Shown piece after piece: positions 38,081 to 49,496 of a stretch of 64,000 nt of DNA. A model generated the notes under the pieces. That model made no database searches. It was not told where the DNA came from and saw only the letters and a list, made by a program, of their open reading frames with translations. The stretch lies in assembly GCA_964106645.2 (NCBI GenBank), contig OZ067046.1; one strand, given 5' to 3'. The stretch is from Podarcis pityusensis. Taxonomy: Eukaryota. The stretch's first letter is position 1. Every line of letters starts with the position of its first letter. The position numbers and the translations under genes are program-made.

Positions 38081-41000
38081 TAAAGTGGACCATGGAAATA
38101 AAAATATATTGTGTAGTAGGGAATCTTTTCTCCAATAAAAAGGCAAATTTCAAAAGGAAACATTGCAGCAAGATACATACTCATAAAACTTTTCAACTTG
38201 ACTGTCAGAATCCTTATCAGATTCTGTGGAATCGCAAAGTCGTTTTTCTATCTGCGTTGTATGATTACGTATTTCGTGGTAAACGTATTTCGTGTGGCAA
38301 ACTTTTTGTTGCATAACAAACCTTCGTATTTAATCCAAATACCCTTGTTTCTAAAACAGAAAACAGAGCATTTCCACAGTCATTTAACTCAAGCCATGTG
38401 TGGCATGATGGTTTAAATAAGTTTGAGACATCATGACTGATGGTCAGATAAGAAGATGAAATGTCACATACCTCATTGCCTGTGACAAACAACACTATTG
38501 GAAATCCTTGCAGCCATGCTAAGTGTGATTTGTAAATACAGAAAGCAGAGACAGAAAGTCTGTTTGAACCCTCCAAGTTTAGTCCCCTCATGTTGTTTAC
38601 ACACTCTCTTTCTGAAATCTGAAAGTCTTTCTTGTTTATAATCCACTGAGATTTTATGTAACTTCTTGCCAGTTTATGGATCTTTCATTGCAAAATAATA
38701 GGAGCTTGCAAAGAGTTTTCAGTGAGGCAAATAAACCAGCTTCACTTCACACCAAACAAGAACCCAACATGGAGCCTGCTCTTTGAGTTTCTGAGTGAAA
38801 AGATGACTGTTTGACATGTTCTATCACAAGATATACGTAGTTGATCCTGGCTTTGCATAAGATGCTGAGCCAAACCTTGCTTGAGGGCAAGCTCTTCTCT
38901 GGGGCTACCATATTTGTGCAGTCCCAGTAAGCCATAGTTTGTTGTGCCATGAGACCTATGAAGGACGGGATTCTGAGCATCTTTTTTTTCCCTTTTAAAG
39001 CCCAAGAAATATATGCACACTTTTCATACATGGACACACTAAAGAATTGTAAATTATTTTGAAATGTTCACTATATTAGCACACCACACCAGTTTTAGTT
39101 AGAGCACATGAAGTCTATAGAACTGAGGTGTTCATTTCCCCCGCTTTTAAGTCTGGAGATTTAAACAAGATTATGATTTATTACTAATTGAACATCCGTT
39201 TTATTGCTCCAATGACAAGTTTTAAATCTGCCTTTTATTTTAATGCTTAGAGACATGCTTTCCAGATTAAAATGCTCAGCATTTAAAGAAAAGAAGCAAA
39301 GTAGTGCTCCTGAACTCCTCTTTTTTACTTTCAAAGGGAGCTAGTCTGAAAATAAACTTTTATTCATTTGTAATCACAGGCTTATTAATACATAAAAGAT
39401 ACATAATTCCTGTTACCCTTTGGCATGTTCAGAGAAAATCTTCCAGTCTCTTGTTGACTTAAAGACATTGGCCACAATCCAGCATAATTATGTATTCTAT
39501 ACTTCCTTTGAAATCAGTAGAATTTAAGAACGCTTACCTGTGTACTAGATTGCAGCCATGGCTTTTACTACTGCTGTGGGTTTGTATTTGACATATTTTT
39601 GGAATCTAGCTTTATAGGTTAGAGGTTTCTCTCTACTGAAGATGACTAATCATCGGATTTTCCAGTAGAGGGAAATGCATTTTAAAAGTTTGCTGCTGAG
39701 AATGGAACAAAATATCTCTAGGCACCTCCTGTCTGAACCAATTTTCAATAAATCCTAGGGTTCATTAAGATTTCAGGTTTATTTTCTCACAAATCTATTG
39801 TAGTTCCACAAAAAAATTTTGCAGTTCACTATTATGCCTCTATGGAAAACTGAAAAGCAATGGATCTGGTTGGCAGTCCTCAAGGTCCTTGCCTACAGCT
39901 TGACATCACCAGGATTTCTGAAGGGCTATGTGGTTTATGGAGTGGGATATTCACCATGACTAGCAATAAAATAACTTTTCCCCATTTTTCTTTACTTTTT
40001 TTTTAAAGACTACATTATGGCTTTGGAACAGTAGTCTGCTACCACAACTGTTTCACAAATAATTTCTTTAAATTGCAATCTAAGGGGCAGGACTTTTCCT
40101 ACTCTGCCTCATTTCATGAAGTCCATAGTCGGTTTCCAGACCAAAGAGGGTTGTAAGAATTTCATAGGTTCTTGTTTCTTTTTTTGTTGGTGGCATGCCT
40201 AATTCCATAGCAGTTTGCTGTTAACTGTGCTCTTGTGGGTAGATCAACCATGCAATGTGTGGGTGCTGATGTTATTGCTCTGCTGTATACATGGGCTGTA
40301 TAACATTGGTCGTCAATTGAGTTTTATTCCCCAAACTAAAAGCAAAAGGCAGTGATTATTTACAACAACTCTGTGAGAAAAGTGCATGATTTTTAACATT
40401 GGAAAGCATTAGCATAATTCCAAAATTTCATCTGGGATGTGTCATTTTTGAGCACACGTATATGTGATCTTTTTCCTATCATGCAGTCCCATTAAGCATA
40501 TTGAGCCCATATTATTAGACTAGTCAGATTTTTTGAAAATGTGAAGTATGAAAGCATTTGTGTTTGGAGTGTGTGTGCATCATTAGAAACCAGTTGTTCC
40601 TTCATTTAATAAGAAGTGCTGGCTTTGAAAGTTTAGGTTGCAAAATGTTATACTCTAGGGTTGGTATCCATATTGGAAAGTGGCTTCTGATTTTCCTGTG
40701 TCTGGACAGTGCCATTGCCTACCACAATTGAGGACTTATTCCTTAAGGGCTAAAGCTATGCTAGACACCTGATTTTCTATGTGGTATCTTGTAATATTCA
40801 ATCATGACAGCCATCTGCAATCTGCATTCAGAACTGGTACAGACCAGATAGAGGTTTACCACTTCATTTGTGAAAACTTTACCTTACTTTTCCGCATGCA
40901 GGAAGATTTTCATGTGGGGATACTTACAAACAAACTTGTGCATTCTGAGGTGCTAGTATGGTCTCTTGAGAGGATGGTACTGTATGCCTGTGTGAACATT

Positions 41001-44000
41001 TTAGCCATATTGGAGTAAGCCCAAAGAAGCAACTTTTATTTCTGCAAACCTTTCCTCTTCTAAAGAAAATGTTCCACTAAACAAAAGCAAGGACTGTAAA
41101 TAATAACAACCCTCCAAGTTTCTATTACAAGTAACTGATACTTCAGGCACCAAGAGAACATTAACAATGTGGAAAAAGATGTCGCCTGGCACGTTCTCCA
41201 CACTAGTAAATCTATACAAAACATAAAGATAAAAACTATAGCAACAATTTGGGAAGAGAATTAATGCCATTAGGAAGGACAATGGGGACACTAAAGACAT
41301 TAAAAGAAAGATGAAAAGATCTAAAAGCACAGAAAAAGAAAGGGAGGGATGGCTTAACTGTCAACAAACAGAAGGTCATCTGGAAGATAATAAAAAACGG
41401 ATTTCACAGGCACTGAATGGCTGCTAGGACTGTAAATTCCAACTGTTTATGGTGCATCTATCAGATTATAGAAGCAACTACTTCCACTCACCAAAGTAAA
41501 AGAATGTCATGTGTTTGCGTTTATTGATGACAGGAATATAAAAATGGGTTGTGGGTATGGATCATTGTCGCTGTCGCTAAGTAACTTAGTAAATATAAAA
41601 TATGCCAGTCGTAAATCAAAGCATATGTAATAAAGGAAACTCTATAACCTGTCTCTTTTATGTGAACCAACACATTGAAAACACATCTCTTGGTCATATA
41701 TTAAAACTTTAGGTTGCAAAAATTATCTTGCCACCAGTCTTTCTTTCTTCACTATTTCCTTGATCCATATTCCATCCCTATCTAACAACAAAATGCTACA
41801 TTCACTGAGAGATGTGTGAACCAGCCCTATATAGGAAAGAGTAAAGAAATGACAAGCTTATTTCATACTAGGTTGTGGAAGACTTAGGGGGCAGCCTTAT
41901 TTCATAAATCGTAGCCATGGGTTGGGCTGAGGTTACATTAGAAAGATATCTGGAGAGAAGCCAGGTAGATTTTTGGTCCTCTCAGCTTTCCGGATGAGTT
42001 GAGTGGCACTAGAAAAAAAATCTCATTACACTGTGATAGGTCCCTTTTCCTTTGTGGCCACTCTGTCTGTCTGCCCTGCTAGCAGTGAAGTTGCCAGCTA
42101 CTGCAGCTGAAGCAGCGTCTCTGACAGAAATAGGTTTAAGTACATTAAACTCAGAAAACAAGACAATGAAAATGCTTGCTCCCGATGGCCTCAGCCCAGA
42201 TAATTGTTTTCTTGGAATGGAGTGTTCTCTTCTCAGAGGTTTTTTTCATAAGGGTTTCCTCCTTCAAATGTCCTCTTCTTATGAGTCACTTTCAGAGTTG
42301 GAGTGAGCCATTCACCCAGAGTGGACGAGACAGCATCTTCAAATCACAGTGCAGGCAAATGATAAACAAAACATTTGTGAGGCATGGTCGGTAATCCCAT
42401 AGCTGTGATTGTTCTGTATACTATCTGCATTTCTTCTCATCTCAGATATGGAACTGCTTGCTACACTTTATTTTGAGCTTTTTACTGAGCAGCACATGCA
42501 GATAATAAAATGGATTTTCAGAGGGCTTACACCAAATGTGGTTTCCATTAACTACAATACAAAACAAATTAAGGCTATGTTGGTGATGCCTGTTTTTCAT
42601 ATGCCTGAGACATATACTTCTGTAAAAATTACAGGGGCCTGTCTGTGGAGTATTTACTCAATCTGTAGTCAGGGAGGGGAAAAAATCCTATTGACGCAAA
42701 AGCCTGAAGACAGGACCCGCAAGATTCTTTTCTAAATATCTTGTTTGCTAGGAAATAGACCTATTCTGATGTATTTTTTTAAAATGCTGGTTACCCAAAG
42801 TAAAATAAATATCAAAAAGCCACAAAAGTGGATAAACATTTCTCTGAAAGGCAAAACTTACACAAAAGAGCTCCATCATCAGGAGTATGTTGAGACTACA
42901 TTGAGGCGTTCTTATTCAGAGTGGTAATTTCATCATGCATTTGGCAAGTTTAAAACTAACACTAAAGTACTGTAGAAATATTAATATTATTTATAGAGGT
43001 GATGTGTGGGGATGGGAGGCATTCTTGACAGGAATCTCTGCCCAGCATTGTCAGTTAAACTGAAGAACGCGTCCACAGCCTCTCAAACTTTCAGTGTATA
43101 GACTTCCCACAATTTCTTTCCATATCGTATGCACAGATAACTACTTTTAATTGTGTGATTCTGGAAAACCCTAGGACTTGTGGTCATTGGTATTATGGTT
43201 GACAGTATTAAAAATGGCCTCAATCAAAATGTTTCTTTTGAAAATAGGTTGTAAATCAAGCTTTCTGAGACATTGCGTTTTTTAGTTATTCATATTAAAA
43301 GTTATGGAAAAACAAACACACCCACTTCCCTGAAAAACACTGGTTATGAAAGACAGAGAAAGATTCCTAATTGTTAAAGTGGAAGACAGCTCCTATTGCT
43401 GCTGAATTATTTTGAGGGGGTATTCAGTAAATTTTCGTTACAAAAATGTAGATAGCCCCCAAATGGAAGGAGTGAGAGATAAGAGCTGCAATTATATACC
43501 TACTTATTCTAGAGTAAGCGCCAATGAACTCAATTTATAGTTAGTATAGCATTGTACTGTACCTGTTGGATTTTATTGAAATGGTATGAAGTGGACATAA
43601 TTTAAAATTTAGGCAAGGAGGAAAGTTGAAGATGGAGACATGGAACTTAACAGGTTTCTTTGAAGTTGTTACAATAGCTAATATACTGGAATTGTTTTTA
43701 GGTGTGATTTTGCATTTGTAATTTTGTCTCGTTCACGATGATGAATGATAATTGTAGGAACAGTTACCCTGGATTGTATAGATTTAATAGTTTGATAAGC
43801 AAATGATGTATTGAGAGAGGGCATGGCCAGGCCTCCGGTGCAGTACAAGGTGGCAGTCTAGAGCTTTCCCACCAGATATAAAGACTTACTGAACTTTGTC
43901 TCGTGAAACTAATACAAAGCCCTCACCATCCAGTATGGAATGCTGTCCTGTTAATAGCCTGCTCTCTGCACCGAGTCACTTTAATTCCTTCTCTTGCTCA

Positions 44001-44011
44001 CTGTGCTACAG

Positions 44012-44116
44012 GAAAAGCCTTACCAGTGCTCCGAGTGCAACAAAGCCTTCAGTCAGAAACGCGGCCTAGACGAGCACATGAGAACCCACACAGGGGAGAA
44101 ACCTTTCCAGTGTGAC
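44012..44116 (+). CDS. PRDM5: PRDM5 coding exon (105 bp; ~exon 15): [35 protein letters not shown]
   Basis: Acceptor ctacAG and donor GTGAGT at 44117. Contains a TGEKP linker. Phase 0 at both ends. Confidence 0.97.
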
Positions 44117-44615
44117 GTGAGTTGGGTTTCCTTTTGATCTATTTGCGTTTAATCCAAAGATGAACCCCAAAGGGTGCAACCATACCCACGCCAACAGCAG
44201 TGGTCAGTGGGGTGGCACAGGTAGGGAGGCATTTCTCACCTGGCTTCCCAAGGTCAAGTGCCACTGCCAGCTTCAGAAGGGGCAAGGGGCAAGGTGTGGG
44301 AGCTGAGGGCAGTTCAGATGCAGCTCAGCCAGTTCCATGCACCTGCCACCCCACCCACCTCGTGTTGTGCTCTTCATGCCTCTCTCCTCGATAACTGGCA
44401 GCAACACTCAGTGTTGGGAAGCCAGGTGAGCAACACTTCTCTGCCTGTACTTCCCACCGACTGCTGCTGCACACTTACCTGTGAGTAAGTCTAACTGAAT
44501 GCGACTTACTTCTGAGTAAATATATGTTCAAGAAACATTTGCATACAAGGTTGTCAGTCTTTCTCAATCTTTGATTAATTAAAGATGGAGTAGCTAGTGA
44601 AATTTCACTCAGACA

Positions 44616-44655
<40 letters not shown>
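44616..44655. repeat. (ATT)13 microsatellite
   Basis: Read directly. Confidence 0.96.
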
Positions 44656-44656
<1 letters not shown>

Positions 44657-44877
44657 TGTGGTACCTTGGGTTAAGAACTTAATTCATTCTGGAGGTTCAT
44701 TCTTAACCTGAAACTGTTCTTAACCTGAAGCACCATTTTAGTTAATGGGGCCCTCGCTGCCACTGGGCAATTTCTGTTCTCATCCTGAAGCAAAGTTCTT
44801 AACCCGAGGTACTATTTCTGGGTTAACGGAGTCTGTAACCTGAAGCATCTGTAACCTGAAGCATATGTAACCCGAGG
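44656..44877. mobile_element. Tigger-like MITE, family A copy 3, right TIR truncated
   Basis: Colinear with the other copies. Ends TAACCCGAGG and lacks TACCACTG. Its left TA is the end of an (ATT)n tract. Confidence 0.88.
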
Positions 44878-45000
44878 ACCCCTGGACGGTTAAGTCCCAT
44901 CAAAGGCAGATTATGGGGTTGTGGCACTCATCTTGCTTTCAGGTCGAGGGAGCCAGCGTTTGTCCACAGACAGCTTTCCTGGCCAGCATGACTAAACTGC
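44876..45000 (-). mobile_element. Sauria-type SINE 3' fragment
   Basis: ggacccctg...gttg.ggc.ctcatct.gcttt...gagggagcc.gcgt...acagcttt...tggccagcatgactaa is reverse-homologous to 28955-29070. Confidence 0.75.
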
Positions 45001-45004
45001 TAAA

Positions 45005-45162
45005 ATTTCAGGTATTTGTGTGTTTATAAATATAATTAAAGAGCAATGTCAACAAGAGGGAGATCAGACACCACTGCCATTAGAAGCTGCCATTGGTGTC
45101 TGATCTCCCTCTTGTTGACATTGCTCTTTAATTATATTTAAAAACACATGAATACCTGAAAT
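45005..45162. repeat. Long inverted repeat: 69-bp arms, 20-bp spacer
   Basis: 45005-45073 versus the reverse complement of 45094-45162: 66/69 identical, with the inner 47 bp perfect. Confidence 0.95.
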
Positions 45163-46272
45163 ACTGTCATGCATTTCTCATAATGTCCAGTTTGGTCCTT
45201 TAAGTAAGTAGGACTGCAAGCTTTAGTTTCCAAACTGCTTGCAATGTCTGTGTCATTTTCCCCATAGCAATTTTTCCTAATGTTAGTGTCCATAATTACA
45301 TGTGTAGACGCCATGCACACATCAAGAATGTCTATTTAGGGAAATGTTTCTGAGACCACATCTTTTTTTGTTTGACCCTGTTTCCTTCTGGTTAGGGAAG
45401 TGATGTCAGCTAGAGAAAATTAATGCCAAGTTCTTGGCTCTTAAAATACCTAGTAAAAATGCTTGGTTTCATTAGAAATGTTAGCATCAAAAAATTAGGA
45501 TAGTGGCTTTACATTTTTGGTCATTCCTTTTTTTTCCTTTGAGTAATTGTCTAAAGGGATTAGGAATTGTTAAAGTACCATTCTCTGGAGTTTAATTCTA
45601 CCAGGTTCTTAATCTAATGGTGATGATCTAGTGTCACAAAAGATGGTACTTTTAAAAGATGCCTAAACACATAGGGAGGAGCAGTACCTGTACCAGTCTG
45701 AGAAGGAGAAGACATTCCTTTTTTCTCTGTAATAAATTCCATTTGTGTTAATATGAGTTTCATCTAGAATTTTGGCTAGAAAGGATACCTGCCTGCATGC
45801 CAGTTTTATTCAAGATCCTGCCTAGATCATTTGATCACATGCTTTCTTGACAAGGATTTCATGCTCAGATGAGCAAGGAGAAATTAGAACAGAGACAGAC
45901 TGCATACTCTCAAGCATTTCGTAGGCATTCTTTTGTGTACTGCTGACATCTCCACTTTCACATTGTGGCTGAAATCCTATGCACAACTGGCTGGGAGTAA
46001 ATCTCATTGGAACACAATGGGACTTACTTCTGAGTGAATATGCATAGTATTGCACCGTAATGATTATGGCCAGTGCATCATTTACCCACCTACTATTACA
46101 CATTACTGCTGAAGTCTCTTCTCCATCTACTCTATACTACAATCATTTATCTTTCCACAGCTTGCTATCCACAGGGTAAGCAAAACATAGCCTGTCCTCA
46201 TTATGGACCTCACAAACTGAAGTATTTGTGTACCTGCATGCTCACCAGGGACAGCATATATCTGCTCAATCC

Positions 46273-46900
46273 ACAGAATCATACAAGTTGGAAAAGGCCT
46301 CAAAGTCATGTGGTTCAACCCTTTGTAGATGCATGAAATCTTCTGTTAAGGCATTTCTGATAGTTGGCCATCAGTCTCTGCCACTAAAGGAGAGTCCCCC
46401 AGTTTCCTAGGCAGTCTGATCCAGCTCATACCGTCAAGTAGCTTGTAATTTCAAGAAGTGCTTCCTAACTTTAGTTGAAATCCCATTTCTTGTCATTTGG
46501 ACCACTGCTCTTCAACTTTGAGTCCCCATATGTTGTTGGACTACAACTCACATCACCCTTGACCAATGGCTAAGTTGGTTGGGGATGATGTGAGCTGTAG
46601 ACTAGCAACATCTGGGGACCCAAGGTTGACCAATGCTGACTTGGACCTACTATTTTGGATCACATGCCAACACACTGACCACTGTCTTCTGGCCAAGACA
46701 TTGGGTGACCTCACTGACAAGCAGCTCAAGCCTAGGGTGAGCAAATTTGCTCCATCTGCTAAGTGTCAACCAAATATCTGAAGATAGTTATCAGGTGACC
46801 TCTTAATTGTCCCTTCTCCATGCAAGGCGCACCTACCTCCTTCAACTTTTCCTCATAGTCTCCAGGTCCCTCACCATCTTTGTTGCCATTATCTGGACAT
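46273..46900 (-). mobile_element. Degenerate CR1 3' fragment with a nested MITE
   Basis: acagaatcata.aagttggaa..g.cc...aa.gtcat...gttcaaccc is the reverse of the CR1 terminus. cttcaacttttcctcatag lies further in. Confidence 0.5.
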
Positions 46901-48224
46901 GGCAACATTCCACATTCAGAGAATTAACTTTTAGAGGCCCAGTGAGATTATTATTAACTTTTTTCTATTTCCACTGATTTGTAAGAAAATCTGAAAGGTT
47001 CACTGAACTCTAGCAACTAGCATAATTCTGTGAGAAACAGACACCATGGGTAACATGAGGCGTTTCTGTTGTTAATATTAATTCAGCAATTAGCATTGAG
47101 AAATGCCTTTAGTGACAAAGATTTAAATGAGCTCAAGTTTCACTTATTGCAGTAAAACACTTTTATGTGCCTCAGGAGAATTCTGCAGTAACAAAGCACC
47201 GAGACTCCTGTGCATTAGGAAAAAGATCCTTTTAAAATGTAAATATTCCTTTCCTTCTATAATGAGAATTAAATGTAGGGGCAATTCTTTCCCACTCTGC
47301 TTTTTTCCATTCTCATCCAAATGCAGTGTGTGGAGACTGTGTGTGCTTTGTTTTTTGTTTTGTCCCCCTCCCCTTTTCATACTAGCTTCTATAATGCCTA
47401 CCCAGATTAAAATATTGGTTGCGTTCAGAATAATGCAAAACCATGATTTGCAAAGCCAAACCAGGCGTTGGCATTATGTTTGAACCAAAGCTGATTTGCA
47501 ATTCATCATTCATCAATTCATCATGGACAAACCACTGCTAGGGCCATTGCTGTGCCTTAAAAGGTTGTTGCACCATGCAGATGGTACTGAATTTATGAAT
47601 AGATCATAACTGAAACAGAGGAACACCAAAGTTTACTCAAACACATTTAAATTAATGAACCTTAGGCAGCCATGTTCCTTAATTTCAGTGGGTCTGCTCT
47701 GAGTATGACTGATTTGGAATACAACCCTAGGTCTGGAAGCTCAATTCATGGTGTGGATTCTGAACTATGGTCTGCAAAGATCATGATTTGGCATGAAGGC
47801 TGACTTGAGCCATTGCAACATTTTTGTCCTGTGCATACTTACCTACAAATAAAAGCCATTGAACCTAGCAGGATGTAGTTCTGTGCAGGCATGTATAAGA
47901 TTGCACAAAACATCAGTAGCAAGAAAAGTGTCCTGTGTGTGTGTAATCCTAACGTTAGCTAGAAATATTGTATGTTTAACTGTAATATGCTTTACGATCA
48001 TGGACCGGAATTGCAGGTTTTTATTAGACTATTTGCAAAGCAGATCATAAAAAATATCACCAATTAAATGCCTAATTAATGTCGGCAGGGGCATGGATGA
48101 AGATCTCATTGAAATTTCAATAGTTGTTCCATATTTTGTTTGGTTTACAATAAGTTTTCAAAAGCCTGAACAGTACCACTGTTGTATTTAGCAGTCTGTA
48201 ACAACTGACATCTGATGGACAGTA

Positions 48225-48449
48225 CAGTGGTACCTCGGGTTAAGTACTTAATTCGTTCTGGAGGTCTGTTCTTAACCTGAAACTGTTCTTAACCTGAAGC
48301 ACCACTTTAGCTAATGGGGCCTCTTGCTGCCGCTGCACCGCCACTGCACGATTTCTGTTCTCATCCTGAAGCAAAGTTCTTAACCCGAGGCACTATTTCT
48401 GGGGTAGCGGAGTCTGTAACCTGAAGCGTATGTAAACAAGGTACCACTG
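48225..48449. mobile_element. Tigger-like MITE, family A copy 4
   Basis: TA|CAGTGGTACCTCGGGTTAAG...AGGTACCACTG|TA. Confidence 0.9.
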
Positions 48450-48465
48450 TATTTCATAATTTTTA

Positions 48466-48556
48466 ATCAGAGTAGACCAATTGAAATTAACAGACCTAAC
48501 CTAGTCATGTTCATTAATTTCAATGAGACTACTCTGAGTAAAACTTTGTTGAATAC
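48466..48556. mobile_element. Short palindromic MITE-like repeat. Related copies at ~47630-47728, 58558-58672 and 3060-3135
   Basis: cagagtagac..attgaaattaa...ttaatttcaatg...ctactctg is self-complementary and recurrent. Confidence 0.6.
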
Positions 48557-49171
48557 TGGCAGGATTTTTTTTTAAAAAAAAAACTGGTATAAAAAATAGG
48601 TTTGTTCAAATAAAGGTTGTGTGTACGACTGAGCAAATACTAGCTTTTTGCTTGAAAATATTTGATTCTTAAAGGACTCAACATGCATAGGCTGCATTTA
48701 TAGTGCTTTAAGAATCAAAATGTGCAGCAGCCCCTTTGGTAATATAACAGACCTTGCACTGCCCACAGGGATGCCACTGAAAAAGGCATCCCCATGATGA
48801 ATTTTCTGCTTGCACCAGCTGCTGTAGCATACAACATGCCTTAGAGGCAGGATAATCTATTACTGCCACACATGGAACATTTCCACATCTTGGCATAGCT
48901 GCCAAGAATGTCCTATGGGGCATGTAGATACAATAGCAGCAATCTATGAGGTAATTCTAGGTATTAGTCAGTGTTAGGTATTTCAGTAAAATTCACCCAG
49001 GGTTGCTGTTTTCGGTGACATCACCACATTGTGTATGTGTGTTTCATCTCTCCATTGAGGTGCCTCTGTATCCTCCTTCCACCACATTTTTAAACATGCT
49101 TCTTGGACAGAAGACCCCATAGGGCATTAAAAAAAAAAATCCTGCTCCTCTTACCCTTCCAACATGGTGTA

Positions 49172-49406
49172 GAGCCAGCATGAAGTAGTGGTTAAGAGTG
49201 GTGGGCTTGTAATCTGGTGAACCGGGTTCGCATCTTCGCTCCTCCACATGCAGCTGCTGAGTGACCTTGGGCCAGTCACACTTCTTTAAAGTCTCTCAGC
49301 CTCACTCACCTCACAGAGTATTTGTTGCGGGGGAGGAAAGGAAAGGAGATTGTTAGCCATTTTGAGACTCCTTAAGGTGAGTGAAAGGTGGGATATCAAG
49401 TCCAAA

Positions 49407-49407
<1 letters not shown>
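49172..49407 (+). mobile_element. tRNA-derived SINE with microsatellite tail
   Basis: A-box-like gtagtggttaagag and B-box GGTTCGCATC. Core gtgaccttgggccagtcac...tctctcagcctca.t.acctcacag.gt. Followed by (GCT)n(TCT)n. Confidence 0.82.
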
Positions 49408-49441
<34 letters not shown>

Positions 49442-49496
49442 CTTCTTCTTCTTCTTCTTCTTCTTCTTCTTCTTCTTCTTCTTCTTCTTCTTCTTC
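49408..49496. repeat. Compound microsatellite (GCT)11(TCT)~18
   Basis: Read directly. Confidence 0.97.
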
